A DNA stretch of 64,000 nucleotides, taken from an uncultured Alphaproteobacteria bacterium (GTDB taxonomy: Bacteria; Pseudomonadota; Alphaproteobacteria; Geminicoccales; Geminicoccaceae). The notes under the pieces were generated by a model. The model did no database searches. It was not told the origin of the DNA and saw only the letters and a program-made list of their open reading frames with translations. This document shows, piece by piece, positions 1 to 9,553 of this stretch. Position 1 is the first letter of the stretch. Every line of letters begins with the position of its first letter. Location of the stretch: the NCBI GenBank assembly GCA_963815435.1, contig CAWFGZ010000042.1, forward strand, positions 24,002 through 88,001, given 5' to 3'. A program made the translations under genes and the position numbers.

Positions 1-232
1 GCACCTGACCTTGCGCCTTGATCCGGATCAAGGCGAGCCGCTCAGAGGGCGCATCGGCGCGGGAGATGTCGAGAAGCTCGACCTCCAGCACCGTGCCTGG
101 CCTCAGCGCGATCCGCTCGCGATAGGACGCCGTGCCCTCGATCGTCGCCAGCCCCGCCGCTGCGCTTCCCGCGCTCAGGGCGAGCAGTGCGGCGAGCGCC
201 GCGGCGCCCGCCAGTTTCAAGGTTGCCGGCAT
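1..232 (-). CDS. exported YbaY-like protein, N-terminal part (gene continues beyond left edge)
   Basis: Minus-strand ATG at 230-232. Hand translation gives MPATLKLAGAAALAALLALSAGSAAAGLATIEGTASYRERIALRPGTVLEVELLDISRADAPSERLALIRIKAQGQV. This is a signal peptide plus the YRERIAL...V.LLD.SRADAP pattern I associate with YbaY-type lipoproteins. It is absent from the ORF track because it is open at the window edge. Confidence 0.45.
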   Translation of the reverse strand, partial: MPATLKLAGAAALAALLALSAGSAAAGLATIEGTASYRERIALRPGTVLEVELLDISRADAPSERLALIRIKAQGQV

Positions 233-296
233 GGTCGTGCCCTCACGCAGCTGCGCAGCAGCCACTCAATGACGACGCTGACCGCCGCGCGTCGCG

Positions 297-1223
297 TTAC
301 TCGGTGACTTCGGTCCAGGTCGAATCGGGATCGTAGGCGTCGATCGCGGCCGCGAGCTGCGCGGTGTCGGGGCCGAGATCCTTCTCGAACACCTTGCCCT
401 GATGATTGACCATGAAGGTCGTGATTCCGCTGTGCCCGTAGTCGGCCGGCCAGGCGATCAGGGCGAAGCCTGCGATCATGTTGCCGTTGATCACGTAATC
501 GTAGGCTCCGCCCGGCGGGTTGGCGCCCTGGCGGGTCAGGATGCGGTAGTAGTAGCCGTTGTAGGAATCGCCGACGTCGTGGGTTTCGACCGCGGCGGCG
601 AGCAGCGGTCCGATCGGGCTCGGCTCCTGGTCGACGGCGGCCGGCCAGTAGAGCCCGTCGTGCTCGCCCGGCGAGCTGCGGATGTGCTGCGCATATTCGA
701 GCACCTGATCGCCGTCGCGATCCTCGCTGGCGTAATCGTTCTGCGCATCGACATAGGCGCGCACGGTCGCGATGGTGCGGAGCTCGTTGCCGCCGATCCG
801 CTGGTTCGTGAGCTCGTCGATGCCGTCTTCGGTATCGAAGCGCCAGACGCCGCCGTTCAGCACGATCGGGATCGGCAGCGGCCAGGCGCGCGGGCCGACA
901 TAGGCGATTCGCCGACCCTCGCCGTCCGGGCGGAGCTCGAGGCTCTGGCTGGCAGCGGCGACAAAGCGGGCCTGCTCTTCGTGCGCCGCGTCGCGGTCCT
1001 GGCCGAAAATCTGGTCGGCGTACTGCGCGCCGAAGATGTCGAGGACCGCGGCGTCGTTCTGCCGCTTGAGGGCCTCGAGCAGCGCCGCCATTGCCGCTTC
1101 CGGTGAATCGAAGGTCTCCTGCGTCTGGGCATGCCCGGCCCCCGGCGCAAACGTCCCGATCAGGCCGACTAGCGCGGCGGCCAGCACGAGGCAAAGCCTC
1201 CTCGCACACCCTCGCAACATCAT
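297..1223 (-). CDS. DUF2950 family secreted protein
   Basis: 308-aa ORF with an N-terminal signal-like segment (LCLVLAAALVGLIGTFAPGAGHA). The body has WPLPIPIV..GGVWRFD, RAYVDAQNDYAS.DRDGD.VLEYAQ, DGLYWP, YNGYYYRILT, GGAYDY..NG.MI.GFALIAWPADYG.SG..TF.VN, matching my memory of DUF2950. The start overlaps the upstream stop (ATGA at 1220-1223). Confidence 0.8.
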   Translation of the reverse strand: MMLRGCARRLCLVLAAALVGLIGTFAPGAGHAQTQETFDSPEAAMAALLEALKRQNDAAVLDIFGAQYADQIFGQDRDAAHEEQARFVAAASQSLELRPDGEGRRIAYVGPRAWPLPIPIVLNGGVWRFDTEDGIDELTNQRIGGNELRTIATVRAYVDAQNDYASEDRDGDQVLEYAQHIRSSPGEHDGLYWPAAVDQEPSPIGPLLAAAVETHDVGDSYNGYYYRILTRQGANPPGGAYDYVINGNMIAGFALIAWPADYGHSGITTFMVNHQGKVFEKDLGPDTAQLAAAIDAYDPDSTWTEVTE

Positions 1224-2873
1224 CTCTTTCCCCTCCGGCTCTGCTTGCCACCCGCGGCCCCTCTTGCGCCGCCGCCACCACCGCCGCTTCGCTGGGCGAA
1301 CACGCTGCCGCCACCATCACCGCCGCCGCGGTTCGGTTTGACCCGGGTCTTGGCGCCGCTTCGGCTCTTGAGGCCTCGATCGGAGTCCTTCTTGGCCTGG
1401 CGAGCGCTCTTGGTGCTGCCAAAGGCGCTCGCCACCTGCGGTTGCTTGCGGTCGCCGGGGCGCACCGCCGCCGTGCGGCTCGGGCCAGCCTTGCTCGCTC
1501 TGGCACTGCTGGCTGGAATGGACTTCGCCTTGGCCTGCTGGACCCGACCGGTGAGCTCCTTGCTGCCGGGCGACTGGCGGGTCGTCGCGGCCGACTGCCT
1601 GGCGCGGCTGGTGGCGAGGCCCGGGGATTTGCTCCTGCTCGCGGGCGCCGCCGCGGCGCGGGGCTGATTCGCAGCGTACTTACGGTTGAGCTCCTTTTTG
1701 GTCTGCTCGCGCCGCTCCTTGTCGCTCGCATCCCGTTTCAGGCGTTCGTTCTCGGCGCGGAGCTTCAGGTTGTCACCGCCGCCGCCGGCGCCGCCTCGAT
1801 TGACGGTGATGGTCGAGTCTTCGATGTTGACGTTGCCGCGACTGACGCTGTTGCTGGTGCTGTTGCTATCGCCGTGGTCATGGTTGTCGTCATCGTCATC
1901 GGCGATCGCCCAGCCGATGAGGCCGCCGACCGCGGCGCCACCGGCGAAAGTGGCGGCGGTGCCGAGCCATGAGGGCGACGGGTCCGAGTAGGCCATGGGC
2001 GGCGGCGGGTAATAGGCCGGGGCGGGATACGCGGCCGCGGCCGCGGGTACCACCTCCGTCGCCGCCGGCGCTTCGGGCGCCGGCTCGGTCTCGGCGGCCG
2101 CCTCAGCCGGCGCCGCGGCCTCGGCCGGCGCCGCGGCGGACTTCGGCTTCGGGACCGGCTGCCTCGGCTTCCGCGGGGGAAGGCTCAGCCGCCTCTGCGG
2201 TGACGTCGGTGCTGTAGAGCGCGGTCAACAGGGCCTCGGAGTCGTACTGCGGGATGAAGACGGCATCCGGATCTGTCGGCCGGATGCTGATGTTGTCGTC
2301 GACCACGACGACGGTCATCTTGTCGTTGCTCTCGAGCGCGCCGACTGCGCGCATGAAGGCGCGGACGTTCTGGATCGCGTCCTGCACGCCCTCGAGCTGG
2401 TTCAGGACCGCCTGCCCCAGCGTCTGGGTCCAGTCGAGATCGGCGTTCATGCCGTGGATCACCGAGGGATAGTTGAGCAGGCCGACCACGCTCTGGTCCC
2501 AGTCGGGCTCTGGGGCCAGGGTCGGATCCTTGGCGTAATCGGCCAGGAAGCGATCCGCCTGCACGATGTCGAGCGGGGCGAGCGAGGCCTGCAGGGTCAG
2601 GATCAGGACCAGATCCGGGTAGAGCGCTATGGGTGCCACCAGGGCCTGCAGCTCCTCGGGCGACAGCGCCCCTTCGGCCGGCGCGCCCGGTTCCTCCTGA
2701 TCGGACGCGGGAGGCGCCGCCTCGGCTGCGGTCGCCGGCGCTGCCGCCTCGGCCGGCGCTTGCGGCGTCTGCTGCGCCCTGGCCTCGAGCTGCCCGAGAA
2801 AGAACACGATGGTGAACATAGCCACGGCAGTCAGCACCGCCCGGCGGCCGACACATCCCTCCTGACACTTCAT
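1220..2873 (-). pseudogene. DUF3300 family exported protein, one frameshift
   Basis: The N-terminal piece (track ORF 2103..2873) has a TM/signal segment plus LVAPIALYPDLVL..L.ASL.P...V.AD.FL, the DUF3300 signature. The C-terminal low-complexity piece (track ORF 1220..2053: YPAPAYYPPPP, Gly/Arg-rich tail) is in another frame. Both frames are open across about 2140-2200. A G5/C5 run at 2175-2179 is a plausible indel site. Confidence 0.7.
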
Positions 2874-2979
2874 TTTGGTATGTCCCCTTTCGGGTATCGT
2901 TAGCCGCGACGGCGCAACCTGGGCAACCCGCTGAGCAGGGTCGGTCCGCCCGCGAAGTCTGGTCCGCGCAGCGCGGCGG

Positions 2980-4239
2980 TCATAGCAGCAACAGCCCCTT
3001 GGCGATCTTGAACAGCTCCTTGACCGGCAGTTGCGTGGCGCCGGCGGCGACCAGCGGCAGCAGCGCGGCGGCCGCGACCGGCAAAATCGCCGACCGCGAG
3101 ATCAGGTAGGTCGAGAGCTTCTTGGCGGCGGCATAGAGCTTGGCGGCATCCGGAAGGTCGCCGGCGGCGGTGGCTTCCGCGTCCGCGGGAGCGGCCATGT
3201 TGCTGCCGAGCAGCTCGCGCTCGACCGCACGCTCGCGGCGGGTGGCGGCCGAAGCCGCGGCCAGAAGGGTCGCCTCCTTGAGGCGCTGCAGCGGCTTGGT
3301 GAACGCGAGCAGCGGGGCGCCGAACAGGATCGTCACGACGATCAGCCAGGCGGCCATCAGCTGGCCATAGGTGGCGGCCGCCATCCCGCCCCGGAGCAGC
3401 GTGTGCGCGATCGCCGCGCCAAGCACACAGCTCAGCGCGAACACGAAGGCGGCAAAGGCGTTCGGGTACTGGCCGATGAAAGCGAGCCCGCCGGCGCCGT
3501 CCGGATGGGTCGCAACCAGGCGCAGCTCCAGCCCCGCGAGGTCGCGCAGCAGCAGGCCCCAGACGAGATGTCGCCACAGCCAGCGCAGCAGCAGGAACCA
3601 GAACAGCGTGCTGCTGACCAGCGCACACCACCAGCCGGCGAGCGTCAGGCCCGCACCCTCGGGCCCGACCGTGACGATCCAGGACGACGTATCGCCCGCC
3701 AGGAAGAACTCGGTACCGGTCAGCGTGATCGCATAGGCGAGGACCACGCAGACCAGCTCGGCAAGACGTGCATCACGCCGGCGCAGCGCCCGGACCACCG
3801 CCGCGGCTGCCGCCGGCGTGGCGCTCGGAGCGAGCAGCGGCGCGCGCATGAACTGCCGAAGATGGATCCGGAGCCGCTCCTCGATCATCCGCTCCATCAC
3901 CACGAAGATGCCGATCGCGATGACGAAGCGCGCCCAGGCGCCGAGGTCGAGCAGGAACGGCCGGCTCGCGGCCGGGCCGATCGCATGCCCTGAAAGGGCG
4001 CTCAGCAGCAGCGGCACGCCCCAGGCGAGGCCTACCATGATCGCCGCGCGCCGGCCGGCATGCAGCGTCTGCTCGCGCAAGAGCCCCAGTCGCTCCTGCA
4101 GATCGTAGAAGGGGCCGCCGCGCGCGATCAGAAACTCGCCGACGCCGCGCTCGTCCGTCGCTGTTGCCGAAGCCGGCCCTTCGCCGCTCCTGGCCAGATC
4201 CTGATTCGAGAGCTCGACGCCTGCGCCCGATGCCGACAT
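2980..4239 (-). CDS. polytopic membrane protein, family not recognised
   Basis: 419-aa ORF with many hydrophobic segments (AAIMVGLAWGVPLLLSAL, FVIAIGIFVVMERMI, LVCVVLAYAITLTG, WWCALVSSTLFWFLLLRWLW, FAAFVFALSCVLGAAIA, LMAAWLIVVTILFGAPLLAF, ILPVAAAALLPLVAAGA). It is co-directional with the DUF3300/DUF2950 genes. Confidence 0.65.
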   Translation of the reverse strand: MSASGAGVELSNQDLARSGEGPASATATDERGVGEFLIARGGPFYDLQERLGLLREQTLHAGRRAAIMVGLAWGVPLLLSALSGHAIGPAASRPFLLDLGAWARFVIAIGIFVVMERMIEERLRIHLRQFMRAPLLAPSATPAAAAAVVRALRRRDARLAELVCVVLAYAITLTGTEFFLAGDTSSWIVTVGPEGAGLTLAGWWCALVSSTLFWFLLLRWLWRHLVWGLLLRDLAGLELRLVATHPDGAGGLAFIGQYPNAFAAFVFALSCVLGAAIAHTLLRGGMAAATYGQLMAAWLIVVTILFGAPLLAFTKPLQRLKEATLLAAASAATRRERAVERELLGSNMAAPADAEATAAGDLPDAAKLYAAAKKLSTYLISRSAILPVAAAALLPLVAAGATQLPVKELFKIAKGLLLL

Positions 4240-4375
4240 GGCTATCCTGCCCCCACGAAGAAGATGCTCCCATTCACTCCCATTGAGACCAGCATCCCAC
4301 CGCCGGGATTAGTCGGCGAAGCGTGGAGGCTCCTCAAAAAGCGCCGCGCCGCGCCGGTGACTTCGGATCGTATCC

Positions 4376-4425
4376 ATCGCCCTCTCGCGAAAGGAGCGGG
4401 CGGGAGGCGGGCCTCCCGCCGGAAT
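4376..4425 (-). repeat. terminator-like repeated element, copy 1
   Basis: ATCGCCCTCTCGCGAAAGGAGCGGGCGGGAGGCGGGCCTCCCGCCGGAAT. About 86% identical to the copy at 7625-7675. It contains a 9-bp stem GGCGGGAGG / CCTCCCGCC with a 4-nt loop. On the minus strand the hairpin is followed by CTCCTTTCG. Confidence 0.6.
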
Positions 4426-4516
4426 GGCACGTCAGTGGCCCTGGCCCTGCTGGAGGGAACTCCAGCACCTGATCCATGAGCCGAAAGCAGGCGGAGCATA
4501 CGGGCCTTCACCGGAA

Positions 4517-4541
4517 GGAGGGCGCCAGAGCGGCGCCCTCC
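4517..4541 (-). terminator. hairpin directly after the arylsulfatase stop
   Basis: GGAGGGCGCC-agagc-GGCGCCCTCC: a perfect 10-bp stem with a 5-nt loop, 13 nt downstream of the stop at 4554. The U-tract is weak (TTCCGG). Confidence 0.45.
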
Positions 4542-4553
4542 GTCGTTTCGGGG

Positions 4554-6122
<1,569 letters not shown>

Positions 6123-6340
6123 CGCCTTCTCCTTTGATGATTTGGTCTTCGTCGGCATCCACGCTCCGAGCGGCTACTTCAGAGAAGCAGCGTGACGTTG
6201 GAACGCAGCCCCAAGTGGCGGCCTCCTCGAGACTGGACGGGTTGGCAATATGCGTGCGGAAAATACATACGGATCGGCGCGGCTTCCGGATCACTTCGCC
6301 GAGGCCGGCGATCGCAACGTTTCCATCCCTGGGATCGCGC

Positions 6341-7141
6341 TCAGAACCGCATCGCGGCGCCGATGGTCGGGCCGTACATGGTCACGTCCCATTTGAAGTT
6401 GTTGTGATCGTAGTCCTGGTGCAGCGCGCGATAGCCGAGGGCGAAGGTGGTTGGCCGGCCGAAGAGCGTGGTCTTGTAGCCGAGGAAACCTTGGGCGTTC
6501 CAAGCGAAGTCCGAGCCGACCCCGAAGCCGCCGACGTCGGCCTCGGCGGCAATCGTCCAGTGGTCCGAGAGATCCAGCCCGAAGCGCGAGCCGATCAGCG
6601 GGTCGACCCAGCTCTCGCTCTGGTCGACGCTCGGGCCGCCGTGGCGCACGTCGAGCTCGGCGCGCAGATAGGTGACGCGAAAGCCCGCCTCCGGCTCGAC
6701 CACCAGCCGCAGCGGCTGGCCCGAGGCCGACTCGCGATAGGTCCAGTCGACCAGGCGGTAATAGGGCGCGACGCCGAGCTGCACCGTGTCGCTGGTCGTC
6801 TTGATCTTGATGCCGTTCACCTCGTTGTCGGGCGAGACGCGCGCGAACACGCTGTTGACGCCGATGCCGAAGCGGCCCTTGCCAACATCGACCAGGAGCA
6901 TGGCGCCGAACGACAGATCCTTCAGGATGTCACTGAACGGCACGTCGACGTCGGCCTTGACGCCATGCACAGTGGCATTGCCGCTCAAGGAGGTGGCCCA
7001 GAGATAGGGCGCGACCGTGACGTGCCACTGGCCGTTCGCGCCCGATGCCGGAGGCTCGCTCTGCTGACCGGCCGCCGGCGCCGCTACAAAGAGCAAGGCA
7101 ACCAATGCTCCTGCGGCCGCGCCGAGATGCGTCCGGCTCAT
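6341..7141 (-). CDS. outer-membrane beta-barrel protein
   Basis: Signal peptide (MSRTHLGAAAGALVALLFVAAPAAG), alternating beta-strand pattern, aromatic C-terminus ...YGPTIGAAMRF. The start at 7141 is preceded by GGAG. The track ORF extends to 7258. Confidence 0.7.
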   Translation of the reverse strand: MSRTHLGAAAGALVALLFVAAPAAGQQSEPPASGANGQWHVTVAPYLWATSLSGNATVHGVKADVDVPFSDILKDLSFGAMLLVDVGKGRFGIGVNSVFARVSPDNEVNGIKIKTTSDTVQLGVAPYYRLVDWTYRESASGQPLRLVVEPEAGFRVTYLRAELDVRHGGPSVDQSESWVDPLIGSRFGLDLSDHWTIAAEADVGGFGVGSDFAWNAQGFLGYKTTLFGRPTTFALGYRALHQDYDHNNFKWDVTMYGPTIGAAMRF

Positions 7142-7276
7142 CTCATCGCTCCGTGAGATCATTCTTCCGTCGCCTCCGCCCCCGGATGCGCTCTCGCCGG
7201 CGTCCGCCCTGCCATTCATGACCAAGCCTCGCTGAGCCCGGCATGGCCCGCTGCTCACCGCTTCGATGTCGGCTGC

Positions 7277-7552
7277 CTAGTCCTTGCTGCGCTTCTTCAG
7301 CGGACCATCATCGTCCTTCTTTGCCCGGTCCCGGTCGTCGATGCCGAGGGTGTCCCGGGTCGTCTCGCCGACATCGCATCGATTGCCCCGGACGCCGACC
7401 ACGGCTTTGGTCGCCGCGCCCCTGGCGGCCTTGGCGGCATTGCAGTCGGGATCGACCGCATCCTTCGCCTTCCCGACCGGCCCGGCCAGTGCCGGCCCGG
7501 CCAGGGCCAGCACCAATACCACCAGACCGGCGCTGAGATGCTGATAGGTCAT
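7277..7552 (-). CDS. small secreted protein, unknown function
   Basis: 91-aa ORF with a signal peptide (LSAGLVVLVLALAGPALAG), two Cys and a charged C-terminus. GGAGGA lies upstream of the ATG (7553-7568 reads catcgtagtgtcctcc). Confidence 0.5.
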   Translation of the reverse strand: MTYQHLSAGLVVLVLALAGPALAGPVGKAKDAVDPDCNAAKAARGAATKAVVGVRGNRCDVGETTRDTLGIDDRDRAKKDDDGPLKKRSKD

Positions 7553-7624
7553 CGTAGTGTCCTCCTTGGTCCTGTGCGGCTCTGCCGTAGCTGCATGTCG
7601 CTACCGCCGCCTGAAAATTGCTCG

Positions 7625-7675
7625 ATCGCCCTCCCGCTGAAAGAAACGGGCGGGAGGCGGGCCCCCCGCCCAAAT
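7625..7675 (-). repeat. terminator-like repeated element, copy 2
   Basis: ATCGCCCTCCCGCTGAAAGAAACGGGCGGGAGGCGGGCCCCCCGCCCAAAT. On the minus strand the hairpin is followed by CGTTTCTTTC. It lies 73 nt upstream of the 91-aa gene start. Confidence 0.6.
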
Positions 7676-7930
7676 CATGGGATCAACCGCCGCGGCCTGT
7701 CTCGATGGCGTCGAGGACCTGGTCCAGGTTGCCCCTCCCAGGCTTCAGCCATGGCGGGAACTCACACCTCGTTGAGCGCCGGCGTGCAGGGCTGGCTCAG
7801 GCTGCCCTTGTGGTCAGCGGTGCGCCAGCCTTGCGCATGTGTTCATGAGACGTTGCCCCATTCAGACGTATCGCGTCGCCCAGGCGCGCTTTCCGAACTC
7901 GCGGTCTGCGGACAGCCGCCTGCTACCGTC

Positions 7931-8191
7931 TCACCAGCCAGATCGCGAGGACGCGTCCTCCTCGAGCGCCCTCACGATCTCCGCTTCCAGGTCGGCCACA
8001 CAGTCGCGCAGCTCGGCAACTTTCAGGGCGGCCCTCGGATGGTCCCTGTCCTGCCAGAACCTGATGGCGTCGACGCCGTCGGCGTAGTCCTCGCACATCG
8101 AGCGGAAGGTCTCGCTCTGCCTGAACAGGCGCTCGATCGCCAGCTCGTGCTCGGGAAAGCGCGCAACGACGGATCTGCTGACTGCGGGCAT
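7931..8191 (-). CDS. hypothetical small protein (86 aa)
   Basis: Track ORF MPAVSRSVVARFPEHELAIERLFRQSETFRSMCEDYADGVDAIRFWQDRDHP... Helical, no signal peptide. Coding-like amino-acid composition, unlike the overlapping Arg/Pro-rich frames. Confidence 0.45.
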   Translation of the reverse strand: MPAVSRSVVARFPEHELAIERLFRQSETFRSMCEDYADGVDAIRFWQDRDHPRAALKVAELRDCVADLEAEIVRALEEDASSRSGW

Positions 8192-8357
8192 GGGGTGAGT
8201 GATGGATCGGCTTCACGACCGAGCTGGGACCTCGAGCCGGCGCGACTCGGGCTGGCGCGAGCCGGTGCGATGCCATGAGGCCAAGGATACCCTTCGGTTC
8301 GCGACATCGCACCTATTCAAGCCACGCGCCCTCAGCGAGCCGCGCTGGCGTCTCTTG

Positions 8358-8611
8358 CTACTTGCGCAGGCTCTGCTGATACATCTGCGACATCCGCTCG
8401 GCCTTTGCCTGAACGTCCTGGCAGGTGGCGGTGCATTGATTGGCCGCCGTCTGAGCCTGGGTGGCTTTGGCCTCCGCCGCGTTGGCCCGGCCCTCCAGAG
8501 CTGCCACCCGGTTGTCGAGGCTCGTCAGGTCGTCGCGTGACACGCAGGCGCTGAGCATGAGCGAGGCCGCTGCGGCGATCAGGCCGGCCCTGAAGTCTTT
8601 GCTTTCGTCAT
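8358..8611 (-). pseudogene. Lpp-like coiled-coil lipoprotein, frameshift just after the start
   Basis: GGAGGAAACC ATG at 8611 gives MTKAK, then is out of frame with ...FRAGLIAAAASLMLSAC (lipobox) VSRDDLTSLDNRVAALEGRANAAEAKATQAQTAANQ... The 254-nt length is not a multiple of 3. The likely indel is in the AAA run at about 8598. Confidence 0.55.
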
Positions 8612-8729
8612 GGTTTCCTCCTGGTGGGCGCCGCGACCGGCGCGGTTCTCGCGCCGCGAACGACGCCTCCCTCTGGTTCCGAACACAGATCACCCAAACG
8701 AGCGGACGCGGGCCGCTCGGTTCTGGCAA

Positions 8730-8748
8730 GTATGTTACCGTAAGCTAC
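8730..8748 (-). promoter_or_regulatory. AT-rich near-palindrome GTAGCTTACGGTAACATAC (read on minus strand)
   Basis: It lies between the sigma-factor stop (8753) and the Lpp-like gene. It shares GTA-N2-TTACGGTAA-N2/3-TAC with 9510-9529, in the same orientation relative to the downstream gene. Confidence 0.3.
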
Positions 8749-8752
8749 CTCG

Positions 8753-9382
8753 TCAGCGCAGCTCAGCCTCCGACAGGCTCGTGCGGAGCTGCGCCAGGGC
8801 GAGCCTGATCCGCGACTTCACGGTGCCAAGCGGCAAGGCCCGTTCCGCTGCAATCTCGCGGTGGGTTTTCGCCTCGCAGAACGCCTGCCGAAGCAGCAGT
8901 TCCTGCTCTTGCGGCAGGCTCTTGATGGCGTGATGCAGGATCTCGGCGGATTGTCTGGAAAGGAGGATCTGCTCGAGGTCAGGCTCAGCCGCCGACGACT
9001 CCGGTTCCGGCAGTTGCCACCCCGCATCGTTCAGCCGCCTCAGGCCGCGGGCGAGATCGATCTGCTTGTTGCGGGCGATGGTGAGGACCCATGTTGAAAC
9101 CGATGCCCGCTCGCGGTCGAATGTCGCGGCATGGCGCCAGACCGAGAGCATCGTCTCCTGCGCGAGCTCCTCCGCCATGGCGAAATTCACGCCGCGGCGT
9201 ACGAGCAGGTATCTGACCCGCGGCACCAGATGGTCAAACAGTTCGCTGAACGCCGCGTGGTCCCGATGACCGCCGACCGCCTCCACGAGATCGGACAGGC
9301 GCGTCTCAATCGCCGTCCGAGCGTCGCCATCCTGGCAGCGGTGACTGGTCGGACCGTGGTCGATCGAGGCTTGAGCCCCCAT
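8753..9382 (-). CDS. ECF-type RNA polymerase sigma-70 family factor
   Basis: Region 2 (ELAQETMLSVWRHAATFD..STWVLTIARNKQIDLAR) and region 4 HTH (THREIAAERALPLGTVKSRIRLALAQLR). Confidence 0.9.
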   Translation of the reverse strand: MGAQASIDHGPTSHRCQDGDARTAIETRLSDLVEAVGGHRDHAAFSELFDHLVPRVRYLLVRRGVNFAMAEELAQETMLSVWRHAATFDRERASVSTWVLTIARNKQIDLARGLRRLNDAGWQLPEPESSAAEPDLEQILLSRQSAEILHHAIKSLPQEQELLLRQAFCEAKTHREIAAERALPLGTVKSRIRLALAQLRTSLSEAELR

Positions 9383-9408
9383 GGACGGCGCCTCCCGGCC
9401 ACGCGATG

Positions 9409-9427
9409 CTTTGACACGACATCAAAG
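9409..9427. promoter_or_regulatory. perfect inverted repeat CTTTGA-N7-TCAAAG upstream of the sigma gene
   Basis: 6-bp arms with a 7-nt spacer, 27-45 nt upstream of the sigma ATG at 9382. Function unknown. Confidence 0.25.
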
Positions 9428-9509
9428 TCGCGCGGCCCGGCGAGCCAAGCACCCGGGGGTTTCCGAGTGCCGGAGCCAAGTTTAGGGTTTCACCGGGCGA
9501 ATTTCGGAA

Positions 9510-9529
9510 GTACTTTACGGTAAGTTTAC
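9510..9529 (+). promoter_or_regulatory. AT-rich near-palindrome GTACTTTACGGTAAGTTTAC
   Basis: 25 nt upstream of the GTG at 9554. Second copy of the motif seen at 8730-8748. Confidence 0.3.
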
Positions 9530-9553
9530 GCCGCGCCCTTTGAGGGAGGCCGC

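Noticed and set aside
217-1731. 504-aa Arg/Pro/Ala-rich ORF, and many similar long ORFs (e.g. 11501..13213 +, 13279..14625 +, 51067..52536 -, 53536..54588 -, 56273..58069 -, 43055..44359 +)
   Set aside because: They run antisense to, or out of frame with, genes that have clear family motifs. Their Arg/Pro/Gly-heavy composition is the usual stop-poor off-frame artefact of high-GC DNA.
7676-7930. Coding-looking fragments on the minus strand (MGQRLMNTCARLAHR*, ..DHKGSLSQPCTPALNEV*, FPPWLKPGRGNLDQVLDAIETGRGG*) as a frameshifted small gene
   Set aside because: The three pieces are short and in three frames. I cannot match them to any family, so there is too little evidence to call a gene. It may be a decayed remnant.
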